Positions 11,040-24,695 are shown, counted from the stretch's first letter. The stretch is DNA of 64,000 nt from Eledone cirrhosa (GCA_964016885.1 OZ024742.1:228284001-228348000); one strand, 5' to 3'. The notes: generated by a model from the letters alone, not told the origin. A program made the numbers and translations.

Positions 11040-11885
11040 AAATCTATATCACTCTGATATTTTCTAGAAATTGTGTTTTAACTAAATACATATATGTTCA
11101 TAGAGAAGCTATGACATTTTCATCATCATCATCATTGTTTAACATCTACTTTCCAAGAGTTTTGATATCTGTGGTAAATCATTCTGTAAAAATGTCTCTT
11201 AATACACATTTTTATACAGAAGTATAACCATATAAATGTCAAAAGTCATTCTATAAAAAAAGACGATATGTTTGATAATAGCCTTCTAAAACTCTCTTAT
11301 ATAACCACAAATGTATCTACATTGGTGAAATAATTATCTTTGTGATATTTTTAATAAAAATAAACTTTCGTAATACATATTTGTTTTCTATCTAACATAT
11401 TTCTAGAAGCATAGATTAATTGGATGTGTATAAAAGAAATCAGATGCAGTGTGTAAGAGAGAGAATTGTGATGGTATGGATACATTATGTGTACAGATGG
11501 TGATCACTGGGTGAAGAAGAGATCTGAGTGGAAGGAAACTGCAGTAGAGGGAGACCTGGGCAGAAGTGATCATAGCATATTTCAAAATGCTGCATCTGAC
11601 AGAGTAGATGACAAAGGAACATAACAACTGGAAAAGTTCCATCCAAACCATGTAAGTATGGGAAAGCAGACTTAAAAGAATGGTAATATTTTACATTATG
11701 AATAAATAGCTGAGAAATGTATTCTTATAAATCAGATGTTACAAATATATACACTAACCATAACAGCATAACAGAAAATATTTCATTATACAATAATCAG
11801 AGTCAGGTTTGATATCCCCACATACCACTTTAATACACCTGTCGTAAACCCTCTACCTCTCTCAGTAACTTTTGTCACAGAAGCT

Positions 11886-14140
11886 GATGAAAGAGACCTT
11901 ATCATCTTGGCAGGGTATTTCAATGAATATGCTGGTCAGTATCGGGATGAATTCACTGGTGTTCATGGTGGCTATGGTTGTGGTTCAAGAAATGAAAAAG
12001 GAATGAGGTACATGGAATTCTGTGATGTAAATGAACTAACCATTTGTAATATAAATTTCAGGAAACTGGCCAGCCACCTGATCACATACCAATCAGGCAA
12101 ACACACAAGCTTAATTGATTTCTTACTTGTAAGACAATGAAATAAATGGACTATAATAAATGCTAAGGCCTTTCCTGGGGAAGAATGTACCACCCAACAG
12201 AAGTTAGTTATTAGTGACATCAAACTAAACATAAAACAGAAAAAAACATGGAGACAGAGGGTTTGGAAGCTAAAGGACCTTTTGGTAAAATATAGGTTCA
12301 GAAATGCCCTACATGATGAATTTGATGAGAGGGGTGACAAGCTAGGTACATATAACATAGAGGAAAATTGGAAATTCTTTTGTGAACTACTGATGAGACT
12401 TGAAGCTGGAGTAAAGCACCAGCCTGATAGAGGGTGCCCTGGTGGAGGAATAACACAGTAGATAGAGCCATTAAAGCCAAGAGACTGGTGTGGGAAGACT
12501 GGAAAAATGTGGGTAGCAGAGCCCAGCACCAGGTAGCTAAGAGAGAATCTAAACAATATGTATACAGCTTGGAAAGAGGCTAAAATTGTTTGCCATCGTC
12601 TTGAGACATAAGGATCAGTGATATGAAGTGTTCCGCATTGCAAGGCAGTTTCTCAGTGTCAATTGTGATGTTGGGGGAATGTTGTGTTAGAAATGAAAGC
12701 AACACTGTTGCTTAAAAGAAAGAGGCCTGGAAATATTACTATGAGACACTGATGTATGCAGAGAATGAGTGGGAGGAGAGACTTCCTCCAACTGACCCAA
12801 CAGAAAGACCAGGGTCAAAGAAGCAATCAAAAGAGAATAGTAAAGTCGCTGATATTCTAAAAGCAGTGGGAGAAGTAGGAAATGAACTAGTAACCTGCGC
12901 AATCAATCAATTCATGCAGAATGGAGTCATACTCATTGACTGGCACAGCAGTACAATCAATTTGCTACAATGGCAAAGGTGATGTTCTAGAAAGAATCAA
13001 ATATATAGGAATAAATCTGATTGCCCAAATTATGAAAATGACAAGAGTTATAGTACTGCTAATTAGGGAAAGAGTCAAATCAGATGTGATGCAGTTTGGT
13101 TTCATGCCTGGGAAAAGAACTACAGATACTCTCTTTTTAGTGAGGCAACTACAACTGGCGTTCCTAGCAAGCCACTATATTTAGCTTTTGTTGATCTAGA
13201 AAAGGCCGTTGACAAAGTACCACAATCTATTATTTGGTGGTCCTTTTAAGGAAATTAGGTGTAGAACAATGGACTTGTAGAACAGTACAAGCTATGTACA
13301 GAGGAGCTGACAGTAAAGTGTGAGTTTAGTGAGGAATTCCAGACACAGGTTCATTAGGGGTCGATTCATCATTGTTCTCTATCCCATAACATAGAAGTTT
13401 AAAACTAAATGTCCATGTTCTCTATGCAGATGATCTGGTCCTTATAGCTGAATCCATTAAAGAACTAGAGAATAAGTTCCAACCATAGAAACAGAATTTG
13501 GAATCAAAACGGCTGAGAGTAAACTTAGCCAGAAATAAAGTGCTAGTAAGTAGAAAAAAAGATAGAAACCCGATTCCCTCAGGGAAGTGGCCCTGCTCCA
13601 TATATAGAAAAGGAGTAGGAATAAACTCTATATGATGAACACAATGTAAATCTTGGGTACACAAGGGATGTAGTGGGATAACAGGTAGACTAACAGGAAA
13701 GGAAGACTACGTATATAGAAGATGCACACAGGTAACTGAAGGCAACAGCAACATTGATATAAACCTTTACCAATCACAGGAAGAATCCATAGAAGTGGTT
13801 GACAGCTTCTATCTATGTGACTTAATTAGCAGTGGAGGAGGATGCTCTGAGAGCATAATAGTGAGAATAAGGTTAGGATGGAAGAAGTTTAGAGAGCTAC
13901 TCTCACTGTTGACACCAAAAGGTTTATCCCTATGTTCAAAAGGATGACTGTGTGATGCTGCATGGTAATGAAACATGGGCTGTGGCTGCAGAGGACGTGT
14001 AGACTGGAGAAAAAAGATGTGCAATGTAAATGTGAAGAAGTGCCAGGAAATCCCAGAGGAGGGAAGCTGCAGTAGTAGACTAAGGAAGATCTGAGCAATG
14101 GTGGTGAGAGCTGATCTCAAATAGCTGAGATTCACAAAGA
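11886..14140 (+). mobile_element. Old RTE LINE (APE end through RT and thumb), heavily degenerate
   Basis: Contains GYFNEYAG...HGGYG, LITYQSG...IDFLLVR, MQFGFMPGKRTTD, YADD near 13423 and SSGGGCSES. A paralogous copy lies at 35875-37180. Confidence 0.85.
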
Positions 14141-14619
14141 TTACGATGCTGTGCTGAAAAGTTCGTCCAACTCATGTTAGCGTGGAAAGTTGTCATACCT
14201 TAACACAACTGACCCTTTGTTTGGCAATCTTTCTATGGCTGGATGCCCTTCCTTTCATCAGCTGCTTACTATGAGACACTGATGTATGCAGAGAATGAGT
14301 GGGAGGAGAGACTACCTCCAACTGACCCAACAGAAAGACCAGGGTCAAAGAAGCAATCAAAAGAGAATAGTAAAGTCGCCTGGGTGCGTTTATCATGTAG
14401 ATCACCAAACACGAGAGAGGTTGTCACACTTTGACGCAACTGAACAGCCTTCACGACCCTTTGTTTCGCAAACCCTGTATGGTGAGATGCCCTTCCCATG
14501 ACCAACCACATGACAGAGGGGTAGCAGCTAGGAGTGTAATAAGGGGGCGTGGGGTGTTTGTGGTGAGAGGGTGTAATAGTGTTGGGGATAGCTGTTAGTG
14601 AGCGTTGGTTGAAGGGGGG

Positions 14620-15422
14620 GGGGGGTCAAGCCATATTGTATGTTGCAGACCAGGTCTTCTTCAGCACTGCATAACACCAGCCCTGACTGTCTTTAGTTAT
14701 TTCTGTTATGAGGTTTATTCTTTAAGGTTAGCCTTCACAACCTCATCCCATGTCTTTCTAACATATCAAACAAGGCCACTTCTTGTCTTCTTTTCTTTTT
14801 CTTAGAACTTTTGTCTTCTCTAAATTTACTTTTAGGCCTTTCAACCCTGGGTTCTTTTCTATGCTTGAAATGTTGCCTCTTACACAGATTCAGCTATGAG
14901 GACTAGGTCATTAGTGTAAAAGATCTATCATAGAGTGCCAATTCTAAACTCCTCAGTGATGGCCTGAAGGATGATGATAAAAAAGACTGATCCCTGGTAG
15001 ACCCCAACCTTCACTTCAAATTCATCACTGTATTCATTGTCAACTCACATCCTGCTGGTTGCACCTCTATACATGGCCTGTACGGCCCTCACAAGCCATT
15101 CGTCTACACCTAGTTTCCTAAGTGCCTAACAGATTATAGAACATGGGATCCTGTCAAAGGCCTCCTCCAGATCCACAAATGCAAGCTACAGTGGCTTACT
15201 CATACCTAAATACCTATCCTGTAATTATCTCACCAGAAGAGGGCATCAGTAGTACCTCACCAGGCATAAATCTAAACTGCATCTCATCTAACTTTATTCT
15301 TTGCCTAATTAGCTGTGCTATAATCATTTCAGCAACTTTCATGACCTAGTCCATCAGCTTGATTTTATCAAGTGCCTCTCTTTTGCCCTTGTAGCAATTT
15401 ACGATAATACTGCTGCGCCAGT
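14620..15422 (-). mobile_element. RTE LINE RT fragment
   Basis: The minus strand encodes QFRFMPGEV, AFVDLEEAFDRIP, DEWLVRAVQAMY and related RTE RT segments. Confidence 0.75.
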
Positions 15423-15825
15423 CATTGCGGAGCGGAGGCGGTGTTGGTCCAAGCCGGACTCGATCCACCAGACAGGGGACCAGCAATTGATGTCATCTCA
15501 GTTACGTTGGACCGTGGTATACTGGGGGATAGAGAGACCTTCGCCTGTCCAGTAGGCCAGAGCCTGTTCCATCTCTGGGGCAGGTCAGGTTCGGCTCTTC
15601 TGACTGAGAACCTCGCTGACGAGAGCGCGACAAGAGGAGATAGAGGAGATGTAGGAAGGTAAAGATAGGTCCGAAGCTGATCCGAAGGCGAAGCCACCGA
15701 ACCTCGCTGGGAGTGTTGCCTGTTGCGCTGTCGAAACTGACATTGTAGATGAGTTCCGTACAGCGTCAAATTCCCCGAGGAGACCCGTGTGGAGGTGACA
15801 AGGTGCAGCGCGCAGCGCGAATGAA
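15423..15825 (-). mobile_element. CRE-clade-like non-LTR retrotransposon RT C-terminal fragment
   Basis: GC-rich island. The minus strand reads FALRAAPCHLHTGLLGEFDAV and QATLPARFGGFAFGSASDLSLPSYISS, resembling the LLRTAPC...EFD and QAxLPxRxGGLGxRSA motifs of CRE-type RTs. Confidence 0.6.
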
Positions 15826-15959
15826 TTTGTAAAGAAATGATTGAATTACAACTCTTTTAAATTAATGTTCTGTCCGGGGCAGAATTCAAATTGAAGTCCG
15901 ATTGAAAATATAAGAAACTGAAAAAACTCTGGGAAACTAAATCAGAACAACCTGTCATC

Positions 15960-18910
15960 TCCTGCACATAATCATAGACTGGAATCAAGGTACAAATTGT
16001 TGTCCTTGAATGGACATAGTCTATGCAATAAGATTCATCTTTTTGACTCCTACGTCAAAAGTATCAACCCTGACTTCATTACAGCCACGGAAACTTGGGC
16101 ACATCCCTTACTCTGTGATGGGGTTTTCAGCATGACTGGCTACAACCTGTTTCGTAAAGACCGCATTAATCGTCGTAGTGGTGGTGTAATGGTCTACATT
16201 CGGTCAAATCTGTCAGCAATTCCTTGTGTTGATTTGAACCAGTTACAGCAGGAAGTTTTTTTCTGCGATATGCGTATGACCATGTCAACACTGCTACTTG
16301 GAGTCGTTTACCGTCCCCCAAATTATCATCAGGACACTCAACTTTGTGATATCCTCAGAGCTGCTGCCAGGAAGACAGCCACTTATGTTTTCATTGCAGG
16401 TGACTTCAATCACCCTGAGATTGACTGGGAAACCTTTCGCTGGCCGCCAAGTGCAAATGACTTCCTTGAGCTAGTGCTGGACTCGAGTTGGTCCCAAGTG
16501 GTCACCTCCCCAACAAGAGGTGACAACACTTTGGACCTACTCTTCACCACTACTCCTGAAACGGTCATTAGTGTTACTGCTGAGGAACCTTTAGGTGACT
16601 CTGATCATGCTATGATCATTGCCAATCTATCCCTCATGGGCAGTAACAAGAACCACAACCATCTCCAAACTGCTCACTTTGACTGGAATAAAGCAGACTG
16701 GAACCGTTACTGCACTGAGTTGCAACGACCAAACTGGCTTGAGTTCTACGACTCTGGAGATGTCAACACTGTACTCCAGAACATCCTGAGCTCAATATGG
16801 ACAGCATGTGCAGCATTGGTGCCACGTAAGCGGAAAAAACATCCCAAAAGTGCAATTTGGGAGACTGCAGCAGTCCATCTTGCCAGAAAAGAACGGCGCA
16901 ATGCTGAACGTGAGTACAAACTTCACAAATCAGACATTAATAGGAAGAGGCGAAATAGATCGTCCAACCACCTCAAACAGGTGACAAAAAAGGCAGTGCT
17001 TCAATTTGAGCAGCGCATAGGAACCAGCCCTGACAGTAAGGTGTTCTGGAAGTATGTTCACTCAAAGCAGAGGCCTCACTCTCCAGTTGGTCCTCTTCGC
17101 AATCTCCACACAAGCCAGGTTACTGACGACCCCAAGGAATGCACAGAGCTCATTGCTGAATGCTATGCAGGCATTTTCACTATTGAAGACCAGAGTGTAC
17201 CATCTCCACCACCTATGACACCGGACTCTATTACAACCATGGAATTTACACCTGCAATGCTGCGACGTCACCTAAAAAATAAACGCAACCATGCTTCTCC
17301 TGGTCTTGATGGTGTTACGTACCTGCTTCTTAAACGTGGTGGGTACTTCCTTCTGCACCAGTTATTACGCTTCTTCCAATTCTGTCTGAACAACGGTGCT
17401 ACTCCAGAACAGTGGAAAACTGCCAGTGTCATTCCTCTGTTCAAAAAGGGTGACCGCACATCACCTGTGAACTATCGTCCAGTCAGTCTTACTAGTTGCA
17501 TCGCCAAACTGATGGAATCCTGTGTCAGAGAAACACTTTGGAACTTCTGGAGCTCTCACAGTCTTATCCGGCCCTCGCAATTTGGATTTATCCCCAACTC
17601 CAGCTGCTGTGATCAACTTATAGAGTTTCTTGAGGACATCACCCGGATCACTGATGGCGGCTCATGGGTGGATGTTGTTTACCTTGACTTTGCGAAAGCC
17701 TTCAATTTTGTGCCACACAAAAGGCTTATAGCAAAACTCTCTGCAATGGGTGTGAAGGATGATCTTTTTAACTGGTTGAAGTCCTTCATTCTCAGTCGAA
17801 GAGAGGTAGTCACGGTTCTGGGACAGCATTCCTCACCATATGAGATGTCATCTGGTGTACCACAGGGATCTGTTCTTGGCCCCCTTTTGTTTGTGGCATA
17901 TATTAATGACATAGATGCCAACTTAAAGAATGCCACGGTACTAAAGTACGCAGATGACATCAAGCTGTACCTTGAGATAAAAAGGACAGATCCCAAACAC
18001 TATAGATCTTGCTTGCAGTCTGACCTGGACACAATGCAACAATGGATCTCAGACTGGCAACTCAAGCTAGCTGTGGACAAGTGCACCACCATGCATTTTA
18101 GGAGTAAAAACCCAGCGTCCACATACTTCCTCCACAGCACTAATATCAAGAAGTCTTCTTGTGAACGTGACCTGGGCATTACGGTCAGCAGCGATTTGCG
18201 TTGGACGAAGCACGTCTCTAAAATTGTCAAGAGGGCCAAGGGTCTCTTAGCATCACTCAGCAAGACCTTTGTCAGCCGCTCTCCAGATATCTATTTAAGG
18301 CTGTACATGGCTATGTGCGGCCACACTTAGAATTTGCATCACCAGTCTGGAACCCCTATCTTGCTCAGAACATTGACCGCCTGGAAACTGTTCAGAGACG
18401 TGCAACCAAGCGAATACCCTCCATCAGGCATCTACCGTACTCTGAGCGCCTTGCTTCCCTGGGCATGGATACATTGAAGCTCCGACGCCTGACAACTGAC
18501 TTGGTAAACACCCACAAAATTGTTAACCATCTTGCCTACAACAACCCTGAGTACCTTTTTGATTTCCATGTGTCTAACACACGTGGACATGCCCACAAAG
18601 TCAGAAAACAGCACAGTTCCCATGAGTTTCGGAAACATTTTTTCACGCTCAGAGTTGCTGAAGCATGGAACAAACTACTTGCATCAGTCGTTAGCTGTCG
18701 AGACACTGCATCCTTTAAGGCCTCCATGCTTCCCGAGATCCTCCAACACTACAGCTAATGTTCCCCCTCCATACACATATACACATGTATACCATGACTC
18801 ATACACTATTCACTTCCCTGACATTTGTGTATTATTCTATGTACTATACATACACCTTTGATGAGTTGTAGTGCACCTGAGCACTTTACACAATAATTTC
18901 ATTATTATTA
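15960..18910 (+). mobile_element. CR1-group LINE, near-intact ORF2 (APE and RT) with 3' UTR and (ATT)n tail; no ORF1
   Basis: ORF 15997-18330 has TETW, GGGV-like, GDFNHP, LDLLF, SDH, NYRPVSLTS, YLDFAKAF, SGVPQGSVLGP and YADD. After one frameshift it continues in 18315-18758 (RPHLEFASPVWNP, FFTLRVAEAWN). The 3' end is GTGCACCTGAGCAC...AATAATTTCATTATTATTA. Confidence 0.93.
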
Positions 18911-19064
18911 AAATGAATTATTAGTCAATATCCAACTGGGTATATAACAACATTATAATATTGAAGAATTGTACACATTGAATTTTCAATTGAACTTGAG
19001 TGTATATAAAACAGGTGCATTACAAAGGTAATAAAGGGTATTTGTGAGTTTTATATCGAATAAT

Positions 19065-19470
19065 AATAATTGTTTCTACTTTTGGCACAAGGCCAGCAAT
19101 AACCCAGTGCATTACTGGTACTTTATTTTATCAACCCCGTAAGGATGAAAGACAAAGTTAACCTCGGCGGGACTTGAACTCAGAATGGCAGGGGCCGTAA
19201 CTCTATGTGTCAAAGCATGGCGTCCGACCCTCTACCGATACTGCCAATCCACCGCCTTCAAATAATAATTGTTTCTACTTTTTGGCACAAGGCCAGAAAT
19301 TACCCAGTGCATTACTGGTACATTATTTTATCGACCCCGTAAAGATGAAAGGCAAAGTTAAACTCGGCGGGATTTGAACTCAGAATGGAAAGGACCGTAA
19401 CTCTATGCGTCAAAGCATGGTGTCCGACTCTACCGATACTGCCAGTCGACCGCCCTCAAATAATAATAAT
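19065..19470 (-). mobile_element. Head-to-tail dimer of a tRNA-derived SINE (Meta-like core), each unit with an (AAT)n tail
   Basis: Two units of about 195 bp. The minus strand has A box TGGCAGTATCGG, B box GAGTTCAA(A/G)TCC and core GCCTTTCATCCTTACGGGGTCGATAAAA. The paralogous site at 7370-7385 is empty. Confidence 0.85.
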
Positions 19471-19739
19471 AATCGATTCGTTTGCAAGCAAACAGCCACA
19501 TTATGCTCTGTTTGTTAGATGACCATCGCCATCCTTTTGTTATAGTAGTGACAGAGAGAAACAATCGACAATATTGTTTCTGGGTTATTGCCCTTTGTCA
19601 AGATTATGTTTGAAGAATACTTACAAAATGACACATAATTCACTGACACATAAACCACAAAATGAAATAGATTCCCACAAACATAAATACACACAATAAT
19701 GATTCCTTAATCATAATGTTACTACTTACTTTTCAGGTC

Positions 19740-21610
19740 ACCTTCCCTGCTAATGCAGGAATTAGCTTTGTGGATCCAATGACACATCTCCATTTTCCCC
19801 TATTGTCTACATCCCACTAATCAAATCATTGGCTTTTATTTCCTCCTTTTTTGGGGGGGCCATGTCTTGGTCTACTCCTTCCTCCACATTCATTTCCATC
19901 CCTCCTTTCATCCAGTCACTTTCATCTTTCCTTAACACATGTCCCAACCATCTCATTCCATTTCTCTTTACATTTGTCACTGGTTTTACTCTCGTAATCC
20001 TCTGCAATTAATTGTTTGTCTTCCTCTATCCCTGCAAAAATCCTCATTTCTGTTTCCATCTTCATCACCCATGATGTCCTTCCTACTACTTCACGTGGAA
20101 CCCTGAAAGCTTTCTCCAAGTCAACAGCCCCCACAACCACCCTCAAAGGAAAAAATATATTCTTTCTCTTGTTCCTGTATTTCTGTAACTACCCCATGAT
20201 AAAAATTGCATCAGTTGTTCCTTTTCCTTGCATGAATCCAAACTGCATCTCATCAATCACCACTTATTTCCTTATCCTCTTCTCCAACACTCTTTCCAGT
20301 ACCTCCATTTCAAGTTCCAATAACTTGATTGCTCTATACAAACCAATGTCTAAAGAATCGCCTTTTACCTTGAACAGAGGAATGACAGCATTCAACTCAC
20401 AGTCCACTGAAATATGATCTTCTTTCACCACCAATCTACAGATCTCTATCATATTCTTCACACCTCAACTTCCCACTGCCTTTTACATATCTCTTATAAC
20501 TCCTGGCAGTCTTCCAGTTCTTCCACTTGTCTTTTTCAATGCTTCCTCAACTTCTTCCTCTCTTATCTCTTCTGCTATCATACCCCACACTTGGCCTTTC
20601 TCTGAATCACTCGCTTTTCTCATCAATTCTCTTTCTAACTTCATCATCTCACTATCAATCATGTTTCTGAGTGTTGTGGTGTTTTTTATCCATCCATCAA
20701 CATCACCAATAGCTCTCAGCAAACCATCTTTTGAAACTTCCAGACACTCAAGTTCATTGATGTCTTCTAACATACTCAGTTTCTCTTTTAGAGACTTCTT
20801 CATCGTGGCTTCTTTTAACCTCCACACATTCAGCCTTTGTTGATATTTCCTCCGTTAAGCTCTCCTCCCACCTTTCATCCTAGGATCACAGACTACTAGA
20901 TGGTTCTGTGTAACAACGTCCTCCCCTGGGATTACCTTTGTATCATGAAGGTTCTTCCTATTTCACTCATATACCATCTGGTAGTTGACAATTTATAACG
21001 ATCCACCTGATGTGTACATGAAGTGTTTCTTTTTTTCTGGAATTGGGTATTACAGACTGACATCTCAGCTCTATCAGCAAACTCATAAATTCTTTCACCT
21101 TCTTCATTCTTCACACCATACTTGTAACCTCCATGGACTCACTCAAAACCATCCATACTCCTTCCTACATGTCCATTCAAATTCCTCCCTATCACAATAA
21201 CTTCCTTGTCTTTCATATCCTCAATAATCTTCTCCATTGCACACCAAAACTTCCCCTTTTCTTCAACATTCTCATCAGCCTGTGGGGCATATCTTAATAT
21301 GATGTTCACCAAGAACTTTCCAATCACCAGTTTAACCACCATCAACTGTTCACTTACTCTAGCCATACTCACTACACTGTCTGTAAACTCTACAGGAATC
21401 ATGATACTCACCAACACCATGCACATCTTCCAGACAACCCTTTGGTACACAAACCCCGAATTTCTGTTGGTGTCTTCTCACTATTCTAGTATCACTTTCC
21501 TTTCATCTTATCTCCTGCACTCAGCATAGGTCCATCTTTCTTCTATACATGACCTCCACCACTTCTTTTGATTTTCCTGTTATTGTCTTCATGTTCCAAA
21601 CCTCATATAC
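19740..21610 (-). mobile_element. Degenerate RTE LINE (APE to RT)
   Basis: Minus ORFs include YAPQ..GRNLNGHVG (APE), YRAIKLLE, VDLEKAFRVPR and MRWLGHVLRK. Confidence 0.85.
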
Positions 21611-21742
21611 TCCACAAAGAACATTAGACATTTAGCCATCATAAATGGACTGAATTTGATTTTCCTGTTATTGTCTTCATGTTCCAAACCTCATATACTC
21701 CACAAAGAACATTAGACATTTAGCCATCATAAATGGACTGAA
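21567..21742. repeat. Perfect 88-bp tandem duplication
   Basis: 21567-21654 is identical to 21655-21742. Confidence 0.92.
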
Positions 21743-21789
21743 CTTCTTTTTTGTTTCAATCATGTTCCTTTCTTTGAATTTTGAAGATT

Positions 21790-21974
21790 GGATTGGGGAC
21801 ACAACCATTGATGTAGGTTGGATGAATTGAGAGGAATATTCAGTCTTCTGCTGGCTTTTGCTTTTCCCCTAACAGATAATATTTTCAAGAATACCTTACC
21901 CTGAACCACAATACTATATCTGCTAGAAACTCAGATAGTCGCAATGCTTTTGGGTACCTTGCAATTTGCTGTAT

Positions 21975-22014
<40 letters not shown>

Positions 22015-22340
22015 CATTTACAACACTCGTATTTACTATATACCAAACTAGGTATTGCCACCACTGATTACCTAGTCTGCCAACCAAATAATAACTCATT
22101 ATCTGATTCATCAGCTCCACATCACCCATAAAACTGTTACAATCTTGGTTTACAAATTGTGTACCATTTACATCAGAGGTTCTCAAACTTTTGGGGCTAC
22201 TGTCCCTCCTCATGGCACTAACCTATTCTTAGTACAATTGAGTCTGAGATTGAAAGGCTACTTTCGCTTCACCAAACACATCCATCTCATTGACCGTCTC
22301 CCTAAAAACCTATCTGGATGGGCTGTTTTAGTGGTATAGC
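21790..22340 (-). mobile_element. piggyBac-like transposase C-terminal fragment with internal poly(A/T) run
   Basis: ORF 21923-22213 (DCNSFMGDVELMNQIMSYY...WWQYLVWYIVNTSVVNAF) matches the YNxxMGGVDxxDQ...WW..LF piggyBac motif. The A-run is at 21978-22013. Confidence 0.7.
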
Positions 22341-22570
22341 TATTGAGTTCTCCAATATGCATTGTAAATTTGTGCATTATTTTATTGAGTAAGAATATAT
22401 TTGCGTATGTAGAAAGGTCTCTTTTTTTGGCAGTGGATTGGGAGACGCTATGAATTTATTATTTATAATATTATGGTATTGTATACATATGATATAATAT
22501 GTATATCATATGTATACAATACCATAATATTATATATAATACTATATAATATTAAATATCAAATAATACA

Positions 22571-24040
22571 TCTCTATATATATAAAATTCTTTGTCTGTC
22601 TGTTTCCTTATGCATTCTCAAACGGCTTGGCCAAATCAAATTAAATTTTACAAGGTATTAGACCCCGGGATTAACAACATGTAATTTTTATTTTCATTTG
22701 GATTAAAACAGTAGAACATTTTATTTAAAATAATCTTTCTATAGTAAACATTTTATAGCACGACGACGACGTCACATTTTGTATATGAGTGTGTTTGTTT
22801 CCGTGAGTGTGGGTGTTTGCGGATTTGTTATGTATGTTAGGCCTTACTAAGTTGCATACACATTATCTTCACACATACGTCTCAGTCATCACATATGTAT
22901 ATGTATGTGTAGATGCGTATGTGTGTTTAATTCTCTGTGTGTGACTTACTAAGGCCTAACATAAGTAACAAATCCGCAAACACATACACTTACGGAAACA
23001 TACACACTCATATACAAAATGTATATATATACAGGCCGTTATACAAAGAGAGATGCAGTTAAAGTGTTAGATATTCAGAGAGAGAAAGAGTAACATCCCA
23101 CAAAAGTCTAGAATTGACTTAAACTATAGATCAAAGTATCTGTTGAATGTTTAACAATATTGCGTTAGCTTTTATAAAGCCTACATATGTATATGTATAT
23201 ATGTGTATGTATGTATATATGTATGTGTATATATATGTGTGTCTATGTATACATATTTACATTTATGTATCAGTTGTGCTAGGGCGAGAAATAAAATTCT
23301 AATTTTGTCTTTTTTTATAAAGTCGTTTTTCACCAGTCTTTGATTTTATAGAACACAGAAAAAAATTGATACCATTTGAAATTAATCTACGGTGTATATT
23401 AATTTAGCTTTTTGAGGACATGTCATGTTATTTATTATTGACCTAATTCAGAATATGACATGGGGAAACAGAAACGTTAAGACAAGAAAGACAATTGCAA
23501 CTTTCTGAAAGTGCAGAACCTGAGACAGGAAACAGAAAGATTAAGGCAAGAAGAAAGACTTTCGCAATAAACAGAGGTTCAATATGAAAATCATCAAGGG
23601 GCAATGACAGTTGCAATGCAAACTTGATGAACACAAACAACTCTTGAAAGGTAGAATAAACTGGCTAAGAGTTGTGCTTTCATATGATCCATCAAAGAAT
23701 TATAGAAATGATCCTAAAGTCGTGATTGGTAGCATGGATATTTCACTGGGCATGTGTTGCTTAGGAGGAAAGGTAAGACTTCCATTGATAGAGGACCCTC
23801 CATATACTGCTTACAGACCATATTAATGTAGCTAAACACTTCAGAAGCAGTTTACTAACCCAGCCTTATAGGGAAGTTTTATGATTGTTTTTTTTTTTAT
23901 GTCGCTCTCTCTCACACACACACACACATTACGGTCTCACCTCATACTGTAAACCAGACAACACATCCAATGCAGTCGTTTTCTCTTTTATCCATCTTCT
24001 CTTAACTGTTCTCCCGGTCGAAGCCAGTTACCTCAACTAG
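22571..24040 (+). mobile_element. Internally deleted Helitron
   Basis: Starts A|TC (TCTCTATATATATAAAATT...GTCTGTCTG) and ends in a subterminal hairpin-like segment then CTAG|T, consistent with an AT target. ORF 23611-23826 (SYDPSKNY...KVVIGSM...GMCCLGGKVRLP..EDPP) resembles the Helitron RepHel N-terminal region. Confidence 0.72.
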
Positions 24041-24135
24041 TATTATATATGAATAGAGTAAAATAAAAAAAATATATATTTATTTATGCATAGTATATAT
24101 TATATTATTTATTATATTAACGATTTTATTTATTA

Positions 24136-24695
24136 CTAGCAGTGGTACCCGGCGTTGCACGGGATAAGGTATTGTGAAATATATAACCGCCTTAGCTAAG
24201 CTTAATATTGCCACAAGCACGGCTGGCAAAGAAGTAAGTAAGCAACACTGTGGTTTAAAACGTGAGGAAGAAGTTGTGTGCACTTACCAACTGTTTGGGA
24301 AATGAGTGTGAGATTTGTCTTGAGCAAGGGTGGCAAAATAATCGGAGGCAGCAGACAGCCAGACATACAGACATATTATAAGGGCGCGTTCTGGACGCAG
24401 AGCGAATTGTAGGAAGTAACATAATGCAGACAGTCAGACATACAGACAGATATAAGGGTGCGACGTTATATGTATGTATATATCTAAAAAGAGAAAGACT
24501 AAGAATTATAGAGAGAGATCGCTAAATCGCCTAATGCGGTCCCTAAGGCATTGAAAATTTGAAATTTGTTTTGCTCAGAACACTCCCTGAAACATAAGTA
24601 TTACATGTGTAAAGTTTGAAAACAGTCGGTTGGGTGTTTCTCTAGTTTTAGGGATTCAAACTCACACACAGACAGACATCCTCAGTTTTATATAT
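24136..24695 (-). mobile_element. Non-autonomous Helitron-like element
   Basis: The minus-strand 3' end is CCCGTGCAACGCCGGG hairpin + TACCACTGCTAG|T. The 5' end is TATATAAAACTGAGGATGTCTGTCTGTG. Confidence 0.65.
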
